Assembly (NCBI GenBank): GCA_977030845.1
Contig: OZ365114.1
Span: 18,166,001-18,230,000 of the forward strand
DNA from: Fimbriosthenelais zetlandica
Taxonomy: Eukaryota
Reading direction: 5' to 3'
DNA length: 64,000 nucleotides
Shown: in pieces, positions 1 through 11,997 of the stretch
Numbering within the stretch: the first letter of the stretch is position 1
How the letters are laid out: every line of letters begins with the position of its first letter
Made by a program: the position numbers and the translations under genes
The notes under the pieces: generated by a model
Told to the model about the DNA's origin: nothing
The model's input: only the letters and a program-made list of their open reading frames with translations
The model's database searches: none

Positions 1-205
1 AGGATATCCGACAGCTGCACCAGAAACAGGCGCCAACCAGAATGGGAACTGAAGCGAATAACGCGGAATTGTATGGAACTACGGCCGTTACAATGGTTTC
101 CGGTGGTGGTGGCTCTGTGTTTTGCCATTTCTCTGTATTTTAGACACATGGGTTGTCAGTGGAGTGCTGTCCACAAATAGACACCTCTATAGACTCATAT
201 TCACC

Positions 206-403
206 ATGTCATTGTTAAAATTTCACTACAAATTGCGGCCCAGACGTATGTCAAAGGCTAAGGGCAGGAACGAGCTGGGCCACGGCTTGGGACCAGTCGG
301 AAGAATCCAGAAGCTCAGAGAACTCGTGACACAACTGGTGCGCGATGAGCGGATTGAAGGACACTACAACTACCTGGACGAGGCTCGACCTTACGCTGAA
401 CTG
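206..403 (+). CDS. MRPL17: MRPL17 coding exon 1 (66 codons)
   Basis: ATG at 206 in ACCATGT context; donor CTG|GTAAAT at 403/404. The ORF track's TTG start at 122 is an over-call. Confidence 0.93.
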
Positions 404-1822
404 GTAAATATTTTAATGTCTCTGGCTTCCATATCTTATTTTAATGTTTTGTAGATTGATTGTGAGTACATTCTTTCCCATAACTGGCATTTTTAAGTCC
501 TTTCATGCTTTACTCTCACAGTATGAGTATCAGTCATGCTGCCGGTAGTCGGTAGGCAGTCCACTGCCTTGACAGGTCCTGAACTTTCGATCAATAACAA
601 AAGGACGATAACAAAATAGACACAGAATATGAAGATATAGTTTGCCAATAACTTATATATAACAAAAAATATACTGTACTAGTTGGCCACTGTCACTGAT
701 AATGGACATAGCCTATAAGCATTGTCTTATTACCTGTAATAATGTATAATTAATATTAAGCATTTTATGATTCACAGCCTATGCTACAATAAAATTGAAA
801 TTATACCGTACGATCATGCATTACAAACCACATTTTTCTGCCCACAGCTAATCCAAAATGCACAGAGACATGGAGATCGTCACAAAGAAACGATGGAGAT
901 GGCTGATTATTGGCTCCTGGTGTGTATCTATAGCCTATTATGATTCTGTATTATGCCTCTCTTTTTATCTCTTTCCTGATTAATTTCTGGGTAGCCTATT
1001 GGAATATTTCCATAGATCTCAGTTTAAATTGATTATGATACCTTTCTTACAAATTATTTGTAATAACCTTTCTCAATTGTCTGCTGGTATTAAAATTGTC
1101 TGTATTCTCTCATTATTGTCTGTATGTTCTTTTAATATTATATATTCTAACCTACTTAATTTTGATTATCTTTCAGGAGAAGGATTTGGTTCACAAACTC
1201 TTCAAAGTTTTAGCACCACGATACGCCACATATCCTGCATCCTACACTCGAATGCACATGTTACCTCGTGAATACCCTGGTCGGGCTATGAATGTTGGCT
1301 GCCTTGAATTGAAAGGTATTTAAATCATCACTCATTTATTCCCATTGAAACTGATTCTATAGAATAAAATATAAGATTTTGTAAGTCTGACCAATTATTT
1401 TAGAGATACCAATTCAACCTTTAATTAATATTCATTCATGCATACCAATAAAACGCGAGGCGTATTGAAGGCGATTTAAAAAGAAAAAAAAACGATTTTA
1501 CAACAAATATACCTAGAATATATATAATACGAACCCCAAGTATGTCCCTTAATTAGAAAACCCGAATATTCAAAACGTGAATTAAACCGTACCGGTACTT
1601 GTAGGTAACCCGTGGCCGCCCGTGAAACCACATCATCGTGACTTGAAAGGCACCTTGATAAACGTCCTCATCGATGGTCTAAAACGTGATGAGGTTCCGC
1701 CGGTAACCCGTGAGAGGGCGCTACCAGCCTCAGATGACGGTCACTCCACCAGTTCCCAGTCAAACCCAACTCCTACAACCACACGACAGAATGTTATACC
1801 TCCAGAGGGCACTCCTGTATAA
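206..1822 (+). CDS. MRPL17: 39S mitochondrial ribosomal protein L17 (bL17m), spliced CDS join(206..403,848..919,1177..1315,1605..1822), 208 aa
   Basis: Joined translation MSLLKFHYKLRPRR...GRIQKLRELVTQLVRDERIE...DEARPYAEL|LIQNAQRHGDRHKETMEMADYWLL|EKDLVHKLFKVLAPRY...SYTRMHMLPREYPG...LELK|GNPWPPV...TLINVLIDGLK matches the metazoan bL17m pattern (ERIE, ADxWLxEKxLxxKLFxVLxPRY, YTRM, GNxxP). All three introns are GT-AG and keep the frame (627 nt total). Confidence 0.96.
848..919 (+). CDS. MRPL17: MRPL17 coding exon 2 (LIQNAQRHGDRHKETMEMADYWLL)
   Basis: Acceptor tttttctgcccacag|CTA, donor CTG|gtgtgt, phase 0/0. Too short for the ORF track. Confidence 0.93.
1177..1315 (+). CDS. MRPL17: MRPL17 coding exon 3
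   Basis: Acceptor tatctttcag|GAG AAG GAT, donor AAA G|gtattt; encodes EKDLVHKLFKVLAPRY...LELK. Confidence 0.94.
1605..1822 (+). CDS. MRPL17: MRPL17 terminal coding exon 4
   Basis: Acceptor gtacttgtag|GT AAC CCG completes Gly (phase 1); TAA stop at 1820-1822. Confidence 0.9.
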
Positions 1823-1860
1823 GCCTGTACCCTTGTCGTGCTTTAATCTATATTGAAGGT

Positions 1861-1926
1861 ATTAAAAATGCCTCCTGTTACATCTCTGAGGTGGTTGATT
1901 CCGCCAAGCTTGGGAATTCTAATAAA
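1861..1926 (+). terminator. Candidate polyadenylation signals of MRPL17 (ATTAAA 1861-1866, AATAAA 1921-1926)
   Basis: Canonical hexamers about 40 and 100 nt after the stop codon. Confidence 0.5.
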
Positions 1927-1954
1927 TAATGCAATATAGCTGAATACATGTTAA

Positions 1955-2196
1955 AGGCCGACATTCGTGGATTCGTCTTCAGCGAGCGATAGGCCGACCA
2001 GCCACACTCAGTGGCGCTCCAGTCGTTCCTCCATACACCAGTCTATAGAAGTGTCTCTACTTCTATGACCAATCGTTCCTCCAAGTTGTATGCAGGAACG
2101 TATTGAAGGCGATTTAAATAGAAACAAAGAGAAAGAGAACGCGCTACGTGGCGTGCGTGTATACAGCGTTGTCTCGGACGCCGTGATTGTGCACCT
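1955..2196. mobile_element. Probable Kolobok-type non-autonomous DNA transposon (242 bp, TTAA TSD)
   Basis: Flanked by TTAA at 1951-1954 and 2197-2200. Ends AGGCCGACATTC... and ...GATTGTGCACCT form an imperfect TIR (8/12). The interior is CpG-rich relative to the window. TTAA|RR...YY|TTAA is the established Kolobok signature. Confidence 0.4.
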
Positions 2197-5100
2197 TTAA
2201 TGTTATGCTATACATATGCCTACCTGACCCCGAAACGTTTCGCATTATTGATATGCCATGACCTAATATAGCCAGCCCTGTTGCCTAAACATTTTGTCAA
2301 AGCTCACTCAATTATAAATGGGCGAAATAGTTAAATGCCCATTTAGTAAAGCCGAAGTTTTCGCGTAACGTTCGAAAATCGAGGTATTTTTGCCCCCAAC
2401 ACCCTCTCCAGAAAAAAGGAGGCATCCACTAATGAAAATGGCTTAATTGCTGAAAGTGAAGTAAAAGATAATTAATCCCCTCCGAACCACTTAATTCCCA
2501 GCTTAAGCATGGGACAAAAAACGTAATCATTTTCGTTTGGACGGATTCTAAAAGGTTGATAAAAAGAAATCGGTCTTGTTATCTTGGATTTCCAAAACAT
2601 CTCGCCCAACAGATGGGTGTTCCTTGTAATGGACAGAAGAAAGTGTCATAGTCCCTTCACATAATGTGAAGTTCAACTTTTATTATATAGAAAAGTGTAG
2701 TAGTCCGGAATCAAATAAAAAGAAGCCTGGTTGATGCATTATCTCTGGAAATCATTTTGATTCAGCCTCTGAAAATTGGATACACTTTACTCCCCCTGGC
2801 CCCTGAATCTGCATCCATCGCCTACTCGATCCAACTCGCACACAATGACTCTAGCTATACCTTATGTGAACAGTACCGCTATAGATCTGCCTAATGAAGC
2901 TAATCACCGCCCTCTCAGCTGCCCTTCCCATGCCGCTCTTTTCGGCGCATATTTATAACCGAAAACGTGGCCAATTTTTTTCCAAAGAATATTGTCTTAG
3001 CTAGTAAAATACCTGTCACATTTTGTCATGGTTATTTTATTTTGGAAGAACCTCGTCAAAGTTCCCATGAAACTCGTCATGGATGTCATAATCGGTTTAA
3101 TACTTGGAATCGGTCGATCGTATGGCCTTGTATGAAGAGTTCTTTGTGGTAAAATTGTTTGTAAGACTGGCTAGACTTGACTTGTAGAAAGTTGTCCACT
3201 GACTGTGTATTCTAGATTAATGATCTAGTTGTAGCCCCGCCAGTCCTCCTGTATACGAATTGTAGCAGGAAGAAATCTCAACTCTGACTGCCAGTAGTAC
3301 ATAAAGGATAGATGATAGGAGAAAAGAGAAGCAGGAAGCAGGGGATGTGGAAGTGAGGAAACAAAGACAGCGGAATGAATACAGTCCATGTATGAAGTCG
3401 AGCACAGAAAGAGAGCGATTGAAAAGCCCCAAGTTGGAAACAGGAACTTGAAAATAATGAGGAAGGATGATGGTCCGGAATTTACCAAATTAGTCCCCCG
3501 AAAAGTTAGCTGGAAGCACTGACTGTAAAGGTGTTATTATTGTGAACATTAGAGGAGATAGCAAACATCTGTAAAGTTTCGAAATGGCATCAAAGGATTT
3601 CCTTGGGGGACCCCACCCTTTGACAGAAGCAAGAGACTTTTGGCATTTTTAATTGGGAAATAGAACACAGATGCGACAAAGGTAAAATATAGATCTTTGG
3701 CTCAGGTAACCCGATCAGGGCAGTAAAAACATAATAATGCTTGCTAGGTAGTGAAACTGTACCGTAGGAGAACATGCCTAGACGTGGAAGATTGTGTGAA
3801 GGGACCATGCTTGATGACAGGTGAAGCAAATGATTCTTTACCTGTCAAAACAGAATCATCACTCACTGCGCCATTTGTAGGAATGTCCTATTCTAAAAGC
3901 AAGCGTCGCAGATTATATGCATTGTCCCATATAGTAATGGTTAATGATGTTTTGACCCTACAACTACAAGATCTATATCTTCTATATATCTGAAATATTC
4001 TTCAAATTTACACTGCGGAAATTCACAATTACATGTATATCGCGTTTGCACTGGTGGCGTTACCTTCAAGACCATTTGTGGACCTTTTGCATAGTTTCCT
4101 TCCTGAGCATGGAACCGAGAGACTTCCGGTAGTCCTACCTCTAAACTCTAAAGTGTGCCCCTGATATTTCTACCTCCAACAGAGAAAAAATTAGCAACGT
4201 TAACCTCCCAACTCTAAAGACCATTCTCGCTCCCCGTTCCCATGAATTTGAACTGCTCTCAAGACTCAGCAATCAACGGTTTGGGGGACCGTTGAGTGCC
4301 TCCTCGGAGACACTTCGTGTTGCCACATAAAAGTGAGGACTGCAGACTGAAATCCCAGATGATGGTCTAAATGGGTTTTTACTCCTGTTCCCCACTATTT
4401 TTCTCCTTTCCTATACCGCCTTGCTAGTGCCAGGAGGGCACTCCCTTTTTGTATGTTTTAACCATTAATTCTAGGCTATATCATTTAAGATCATATTAAC
4501 AGAAAGAAAATGGTCCTCAAAAGTTATAGTGGGAATTTTGTTGAAGTGAAAAGTTATTTAATAGAAAGAGACAAGCACCTGATATTTGGATCATGGTTTT
4601 AAACATGACTTTTCAGTCCTTTTGAGAAGTTCCCCTCCCATACATTATATGTAGTATCCCCAGACAGACCAATTGGAGCAAAAGTGGAAGTTGTTAGTAG
4701 TACATGGAATGTACCCTCCAAGTGGAATAGTAGGCCTACCCCCCATAAAACAGAGAAAAATCTTTTTAATTATGAGAAAACCATTGGAGTTTGAAGACCA
4801 TTACTTTTATAATAATATGATTAACATAGGCTACACGTAATTAAGAAATTTCAGAGAATTTTTGATACGGTACGCTCTTATTGTTTGTCCAAAAATGGAG
4901 GTATCCACTTTGATGATGAACATTGCCTTGCCATCAACCCAGTTTTCACCCTTGAAGAAGTTTCTTAACACTCCTCCATAGACAAATTGTTGGCCCTTAA
5001 CAATCGACTAAACATAATAAAACCTCCATCCCTTTCCACATGTAGGCTGATCACTTGTACCTAGGAGAGCAAATATTTTTACTGACAATCGATGCGAAAG

Positions 5101-8100
5101 GGATGGATATCGTGAAGGGGCGCTTAAATGCCTCTGGGAGGAGATCCCATTTTGCGGTCTTTTCACACAGTAGGATGATGACAAGGCAATGAGACCAAAA
5201 AGTACCAGCAAGTCTTTTATGCATCATAAGATGTGACTGTTACATTATACCAATTTAAGCACTTAATGTGAAAGGGCTTTGACCCAAGGCTTTGATACCA
5301 TAATTATTTGTAGTGCCCTTTGTTTTGCAGAGCATCAGCCGATGTCTTCAGTGTTTCACAGTGTGAAAGCATCGTCAGACACAGTCTCCTTCATCCTTAT
5401 GCTAACACAGACCTGAGTGAGTCCACACGGTAATGTGACCTTCACAACGACCTTCCAAGTCTGGTAACCAAATCATCCCAATGTAAACTCCGGTCAAATC
5501 AGAGGCTACCCATTACAATCACAATGGACTGCTGCCATTCTACTAAGGCAAGTATGACAAACCATTTTTTTCAAGGTTGTCTAACCAGGAAATGTGAGTG
5601 CTTTCTGCCTTTTAAAGTGCACCACGTGATAGCCAAAGGGGTAATTGGCCCGGGTTGTCTTCGTGAAGTCGATGTTTGCTTGAGCCACGGGGAAAGACTG
5701 TGAAGACATTAAGTGGGTAATATGATAAGCATCCCTGAATACGGACTTACAGACTGAAACCTAGCTCTAAGCCCTTCTTCTTAGGGCAGAAAAGCTGGGG
5801 ATCAGCCTTGATAGAATGAAAACTAAGCAGCTAAACCAAAATAGGTGACGAAAGAAAGGTCCTCACATAGAACCTTCTAATACTACACAAAACAGTGGTG
5901 TGTACTATATGGGTGTTCTTAAAGTCCTTTTCCTGGTAATATCTTCCGACAACCACAGATCGCTTATGCATGCACAATTCACCCTAATATATCGTATATT
6001 AATGTAGGACAAGGAAGACTTGTGTAATTATGCTGGCTTTACACATTCTTTATTGTATCTATATTGGTCAATACTGACAGAGACAATATCATATACATTT
6101 TCTGATCTTGGTTTCACGTGTTTCCCCTTCTAAGTATTATAATTGCAAAATAATTAGCTGAACAAGTACATCGTAGGGATACAAGCACAATGCCGAAGGA
6201 GTCAGAGTTACCTGTCACACTAATCAAAGGCCCATTCACTATTTCCTTGTAGCATAATTTTTACCTTTGAAATTATAAGGAAAAATTGAGAGAAAGTTGA
6301 AAATGTGAACAGATCTCGATGTTGATTCAAGATGAATCAGCATAGCAAACAATTTTATGAGCTGATTTTATTATTGATAATCTCCTTTTATTACAAACCA
6401 AGCAAATACAGCATTTGTGTTTGCCTTAGCGCAACTGAAGTTCATTTTTTTTGTTTCGCATGCAGTCCATTTTATATTTCGCCTTCAAACCCAATGTCGG
6501 CATTACATAAGATTTATGAAGTTATGTCATAGTACTAAGACATTCTTGAACAGTGTTACTCCTGGTTGTCAGGGTGTCAGCCAAATTACTCAGGACACCC
6601 TGTCAAAAATCTGTAAGAGCAACAGACAACTCTAGTCTGAGAGGCAAGTTGTCTGGCAGACAACCCGTAAAAAAATCCTTTGCAGCAATGTTGTCTGAAT
6701 ATATACACTTCATGTCTAACCCGAAATATAGGGTATGCCACCTCTGGGATTTATCAACGTAGTTTGATTGGGAAAAACGATAAGAAACACAGAATGGAAC
6801 AATTCTGAGCAAGCCACTAAGTCCAAATAATGTGTGTTCCACGGATTAGATTAAGGGATTTGAAGAAATGTGATTTTACGAGACAGATGCTGAAACCCAA
6901 TAACATGATAACATTCCATCAGGAACACTATTTAAAACCCTCTGCCTTGAATCAATTCGATCATGGGAAATTATTCTTTGGGGAACATATATTCTTTGAT
7001 TTATATCAAACTCAAAATTTGCCAATTCATTGATCACAGCACGATTTGACCCATTAAATATATATATATGATTTAGGGTTTGATACAACAATATGAGGCC
7101 TCACATTTAATAGTATAACAATATTAACAACAGGTCTAAACCTTAAATATAAGTGTAGTCAATCATTACATTTTGTAACTAATATATCTACATATATGTA
7201 CGTGATCATGGAAAATACACTTTCATCACTGATACTGATTTGTGTATTACGTAATACCTGCAGTCAAGTACTTGTCAGCCCCAGCGAGAGATTTCAATGT
7301 TTAATAGTCAAAGGGGCATGGCCAAATAAATATTATATTAAAGATGGTCTCACATCAAGAGGCTAAACAACCACATAATAATATTATGCTGAAAGATACA
7401 GAGATACTGAGAGATATATAGTCATAGTAGAACCACCACAATTTATGAATGGACTAACATTACATTTATGGGACTTTCAATAATTATGTGCAACATATCA
7501 CCTCCATATTGACAGTATGGGAAGAAGTAGGCCTGTTATTATACATAATTATCCCCATACCTATATGCAACTGTGAATCAATGGTATTGTACCAAATAAT
7601 TAGCTTAATCATGTAGATAAAATGACCACTCATAAACGATTCCCAGTGAAAATTCCGTAAGTAGGAAATGATTTTGGGCATAAATATATTTTTTAATTAC
7701 ACCTCTGCACAAACAAAATTACTATTTTTACATCCCTTTCTGCAAAGACCATCAGACATATTTACATAGGTCAGAAGTTACGAATAGAAATCCTAGGCCT
7801 TGCATTTGGTTATACAATAATATCTAACTTGGATGCCGAGAGAAGCACACCTATACATAAGGTTAGAAATATAACAAGATTGCACACAAATGCACAGCAC
7901 CATTGTACTTTACAACCACGGTTCAAAGATTTATGAAACGGTAGACTTAATCAATAATGCCTGTCTATGGGCATTACGTTTTTTATATTGTGCAAGACAA
8001 TGCCACAATATTATAGCCTAATTATGCCCTGATTTCCTTACTATGGGCATAATTCATATGAGAGGAATACTGTATTTACACCATAAAAACTATTGTCTCG

Positions 8101-8183
8101 TGGGACGTTGCATTAATTTTCCAGATTTGACACATTTGTGCACTTACTTCCAAAATCGGTTGATTCTAATTATAAAAGTATGA

Positions 8184-8224
8184 AAGCAAGCTTTTCAAGT
8201 ATTTAAGCAAGCTTTCAAGTATTT
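8184..8224. repeat. Tandem duplication of AAGCAAGCTTT(T)CAAGTATTT (2 copies)
   Basis: Seen directly: 8184-8204 and 8205-8224. Confidence 0.8.
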
Positions 8225-8287
8225 CCGATATTGCCTATCAAATGAGTATGTTCTTGTAAAAATTCTCGTATCTGAAATGTAATCGAC

Positions 8288-8353
8288 AGGCCTGTTTCAA
8301 AAAGTATATTAGCAATGCTGAGTCTATGACTAATATTCGTTTTGAAACAGGCT
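8288..8353 (+). mobile_element. ~70-bp MITE family, copy 1
   Basis: TIR CCTGTTTCAAAA...TTTTGAAACAGG; internal ATTAGCAATGCTGAGTCTATG is shared with the other three copies. Confidence 0.7.
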
Positions 8354-11300
8354 CCTATCTGGACATGACGATTTTTTTTATTTCTAAATTATGTGGCAGA
8401 AGTAAGGAACCCTTTAGAAGAGTTGGAATTCAAATCTAGAACAACATTGAATATATATACGAGCAGCACCTCACCCGCGAAGATAATGATGTGCTTTGCC
8501 CAGGTTTTTGCCGTCTTACCGCCTTTTGTTTGGATGAGTGGTCTATAAAATTGTGTACAACCCTCATGATGACCTAATGACTATTTATACATCTACTTAA
8601 TACGGAACCAAAATGTAGGAACATGAACACATTTTTCTCCCTTGTACAGTTCGGTATATGGGATGTTGGGATATACAATTTTAACTCCATGGTGAACACC
8701 AATTTTCATTCTGGATTATTAATGATGAAGGGGTTTCTTCTCACCGATATTTAGGAATTATTGTGATTAGCTACATAGCCTCATTTTGCTGAATGGCAAA
8801 TTAAGTGGGCCAATTTCACAGCAAATTAAGTTAAATTCTTCTGACGAGAAATACTTGTGACAAATTCCAGTTTCTTATGTTAGTACAGATTTTAAGGAAA
8901 ATTCCAACCTTCAGACGTTTTTAAGTTGAGTAGCTTAAAAAGTAATGAGCTGAAGACAATATTTTGCCGACCCACAAACTATTTCTCATACAGAATGCTT
9001 ATAATGGTGGGAACACACGGGAAGTATGTTCCATTTCCTGTGTTTTTCTTGACATGCGACTAGAAGAATTTCACATGAAGCTTTACCAAACTGATTCTCG
9101 TCCATGGGCATAACAAACTATTTACTAATTACAGAGATATATAATTTGGTTGCACTGTATTAATTGATCAACATCAGTATGCCGAAAAGAAATTGTGTTG
9201 ACTTTAAGATAATCTCGATTGGTAATATAATTGAAGTAATTGTCAAACGCTTGCCTCCGGATTACATGCCTCATACTTGGTTTGTAGTATGACCCATATC
9301 AACTTTAGTCGCCCCTATAAACTTCAACAGTGGACAAAAATATACTTAAGACATTACGTTTACACTATGTACAAGTTGCTAGCTCAAAAGTGTCAACCAG
9401 CAATATAATCGTTGACCGTTTTTTCATGTGGGCTAAAAAATAATAACTGCATTGGCCTACATGCAGGTGTGGATGTACGGTAGACCATTACCAGTGTGTA
9501 CCTTGTATTGCGGACCATTTAAATACTGAGTTACTCATGAAGTGTTCAGCTATACAATGAGCACAGCAGTTCACAAACTAAATGTGAAGCTCATCACAAT
9601 CATGGACGGGTGAGGATTTCATTTTCTTCATCGAGTAGTAACAGCATTTCATAATTATGATCATCTCTCCATCCATCCCCTTTTGTGTCTTTGGGGGTAT
9701 AGGTTTTGGAACATTTGTGCAATAATGTAAGTAAGCCTTTCTGAAGAACGTTGCATTAAGCCCACAATTTACAGGTGGAGCATTAACTAATTCTATCAGA
9801 TGATTCAGCACATATTGCATCACTTCTAGATCATAGACTGAATATTTTTATACACAAGAGCCAGTATCTTAAATGTATACAAAATTCGATCATATATCAC
9901 ACGACGTTCTTTTTTGTCAGAAAAGGATGCAATTCACTTTGAAAAATTATGTCTACAGAAATCCCTGAAGATCTCCTATTATATATCTGTTAAAGATACT
10001 GTTTTGATCTATAATATCCATTAGGGATTCATTTTACTAAAGAATACTTCAACGAACTAAACCAAGTGAGGGGAAATTATGTTTTCCCCTTTAATAATTT
10101 AGTAATTTCGTTGACTATTGTGACCTCTAATTCTGTTATAGCCATTCAAAAATGTATCTGAATGCCACAGTCTGGAAAGTCACCAGTATTTCTTTTTTGA
10201 TGTGGCAGTGCTGACTTGACTGCATTGGTCTGTACTGTCTACTGTCATGAAAAAACCCATTCCTCTTTCCTGCGCTTCAGTCTGCCACCTAAATACAAGT
10301 AAGCTGGTGAATCGGCTTGTCTTTGTTATACATTCTCAGCTGATTCCGACATTAGGGTGATTGTAATGGTTTACCCATCTGTCAGAGAGATCCATATGCT
10401 TGGATAGGATTAAGGGCTGGGACAATATTACCCTCTGGAGGAGTCTGCCATACTAAATTCTATGCCCACACTGTACAGCCACAGTTTTCTATAACAAAAA
10501 GTCCATAAAAATTGAGCTTTTACCCCAAAGATTCATATTGACGAGGTGAATATTCGTCTGCACCAAGTGATGCCTGTTTAAGGCAATGTAATCAACCTTA
10601 TCTACGTAATGGAATCGGTTTTTATAAATGGCCTGTGATGAATGAAGTCTTGGAAGCTGAAAATTATTCAGTTAAACTTTTGGTTTGGAGTTGCTTTAAG
10701 GGCAATACCGACACAAGAAGGACTAGACAAGTCAGTCATGATGACGTGATGTCACCATATAGCTTCCAAGTTTGTTCAACACCTCTAAGCCTAAAAAACA
10801 TCCTACAACATCCAAAAGATGCATCCTCAGGACCAGAAAGATCCTGAAAGGTCAGAAGGATTTCCATAGACCACAAACCGACCTCCCAAATATCCAGCAT
10901 CACTATATCCGGGCCAACATTGAAGTTGACTGACGTGCTTGCTCACTTGTTTTACCAAATATTGAATATGTATTTCAGGACCAGGTTTTTGATGAAGTGC
11001 CAACAAAATTATGCAACATAACTGAACAACAAACATTACAGGGTAACACTGGAGAGATCAAAGTATGCATCAGGGTCAGACAAGACAGGTTTGGTCCACT
11101 TGACATGAAATCCCAACCATCTTGATCCCTTGATTAGAAAAATCGATGGCAAGCAGAAACCTTCATACAGGCCTATGGTGGGATACCACCAATCAAATAG
11201 CTATTCTCATCAGTTTAAGATACAAAATTCAACTGATTTAGCCCTAAGCAAAATCCGTATCATGTTACTTAAAAAATATCTCGCATAAAACTGTGGCAGT

Positions 11301-11409
11301 CTAAGTCTTAAGTCTATATTCAATAAATTCACACTGCCATCCATTTAGTGAAGCCAATATGTGAGGACGTGCAATTTCTTGTCCATTTTGTGAGAAGGAT
11401 CGATATACC

Positions 11410-11483
11410 CAGGGGGCCTGTTTCTTAACAGCAATTAGCAATGCTAATTCTATGGGAATTTTTTACGCTGAAACAGGCCCCTG
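11410..11483 (+). mobile_element. ~70-bp MITE family, copy 2 (best-preserved TIRs), ~260-330 nt past the receptor stop codon
   Basis: CAGGGGGCCTGTTTC...GAAACAGGCCCCTG with core ATTAGCAATGCTAATTCTATGGGAATTTTTTAC. Confidence 0.75.
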
Positions 11484-11741
11484 GACGACTAGAAACTACT
11501 GTACAAAAAACAGTTTACAATAATATGGATAAAAACCATTTCAACTGGTACTTGAATTAAATTTCTGCATTCATTACATGGACTTTACAAAGGGAGAAAC
11601 CCACCATGCAATTCCCAACATAATATTTAGTGCTCATTCTCATAAAATATGTTTCAAACCTTAACCCCTAGCTTAAGATTGAGCACTTTGTCCAATGAAA
11701 AATTCATGAACCTGAAATGTTCCGTAAACCCTTCCTCTTTC

Positions 11742-11997
11742 TTAAAAAGAGTTCTCATAAACATGTTCTCGTTTCCACATTGGAGTGAAGTTGCGCTGAA
11801 CCATGTTCGTTCCAGCGTAGGAACTCTCGTCCACACTTTCAATCATGGTGGCCATCATGGATCCATTCCTCTCAAATCGTGTTCCCTCAGAAACGCTCCT
11901 CCCTTTGTCCTTACCCTCCGTATGGTTCAGGTTGTCCGTAGGGTAGTAGTGAATGCAAGGGGCCCATCGGAATACATACTTAAATCCTTTTCGGAAT
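11742..11997 (-). CDS. TACR: Tachykinin receptor coding exon 5 (helix 8 and C-tail, ending ...HVYENSF*)
   Basis: Acceptor tttcatctttcag|A TTC CGA AAA GGA TTT (R-FRKGF); open for 85 codons to TAA at 11744-11742. Missed by the ORF track. Confidence 0.92.

Noticed and set aside
122-205. ORF-track N-terminal extension of MRPL17 from TTG 122, and the read-through tail 404-454
   Set aside because: Homology begins at ATG 206, and the frame leaves via the GT donor at 404.
10880-10930. PGYSDAGYLGG, resembling the Ty1/copia RNase H start
   Set aside because: The flanking residues do not continue the motif and no other copia domains are nearby.
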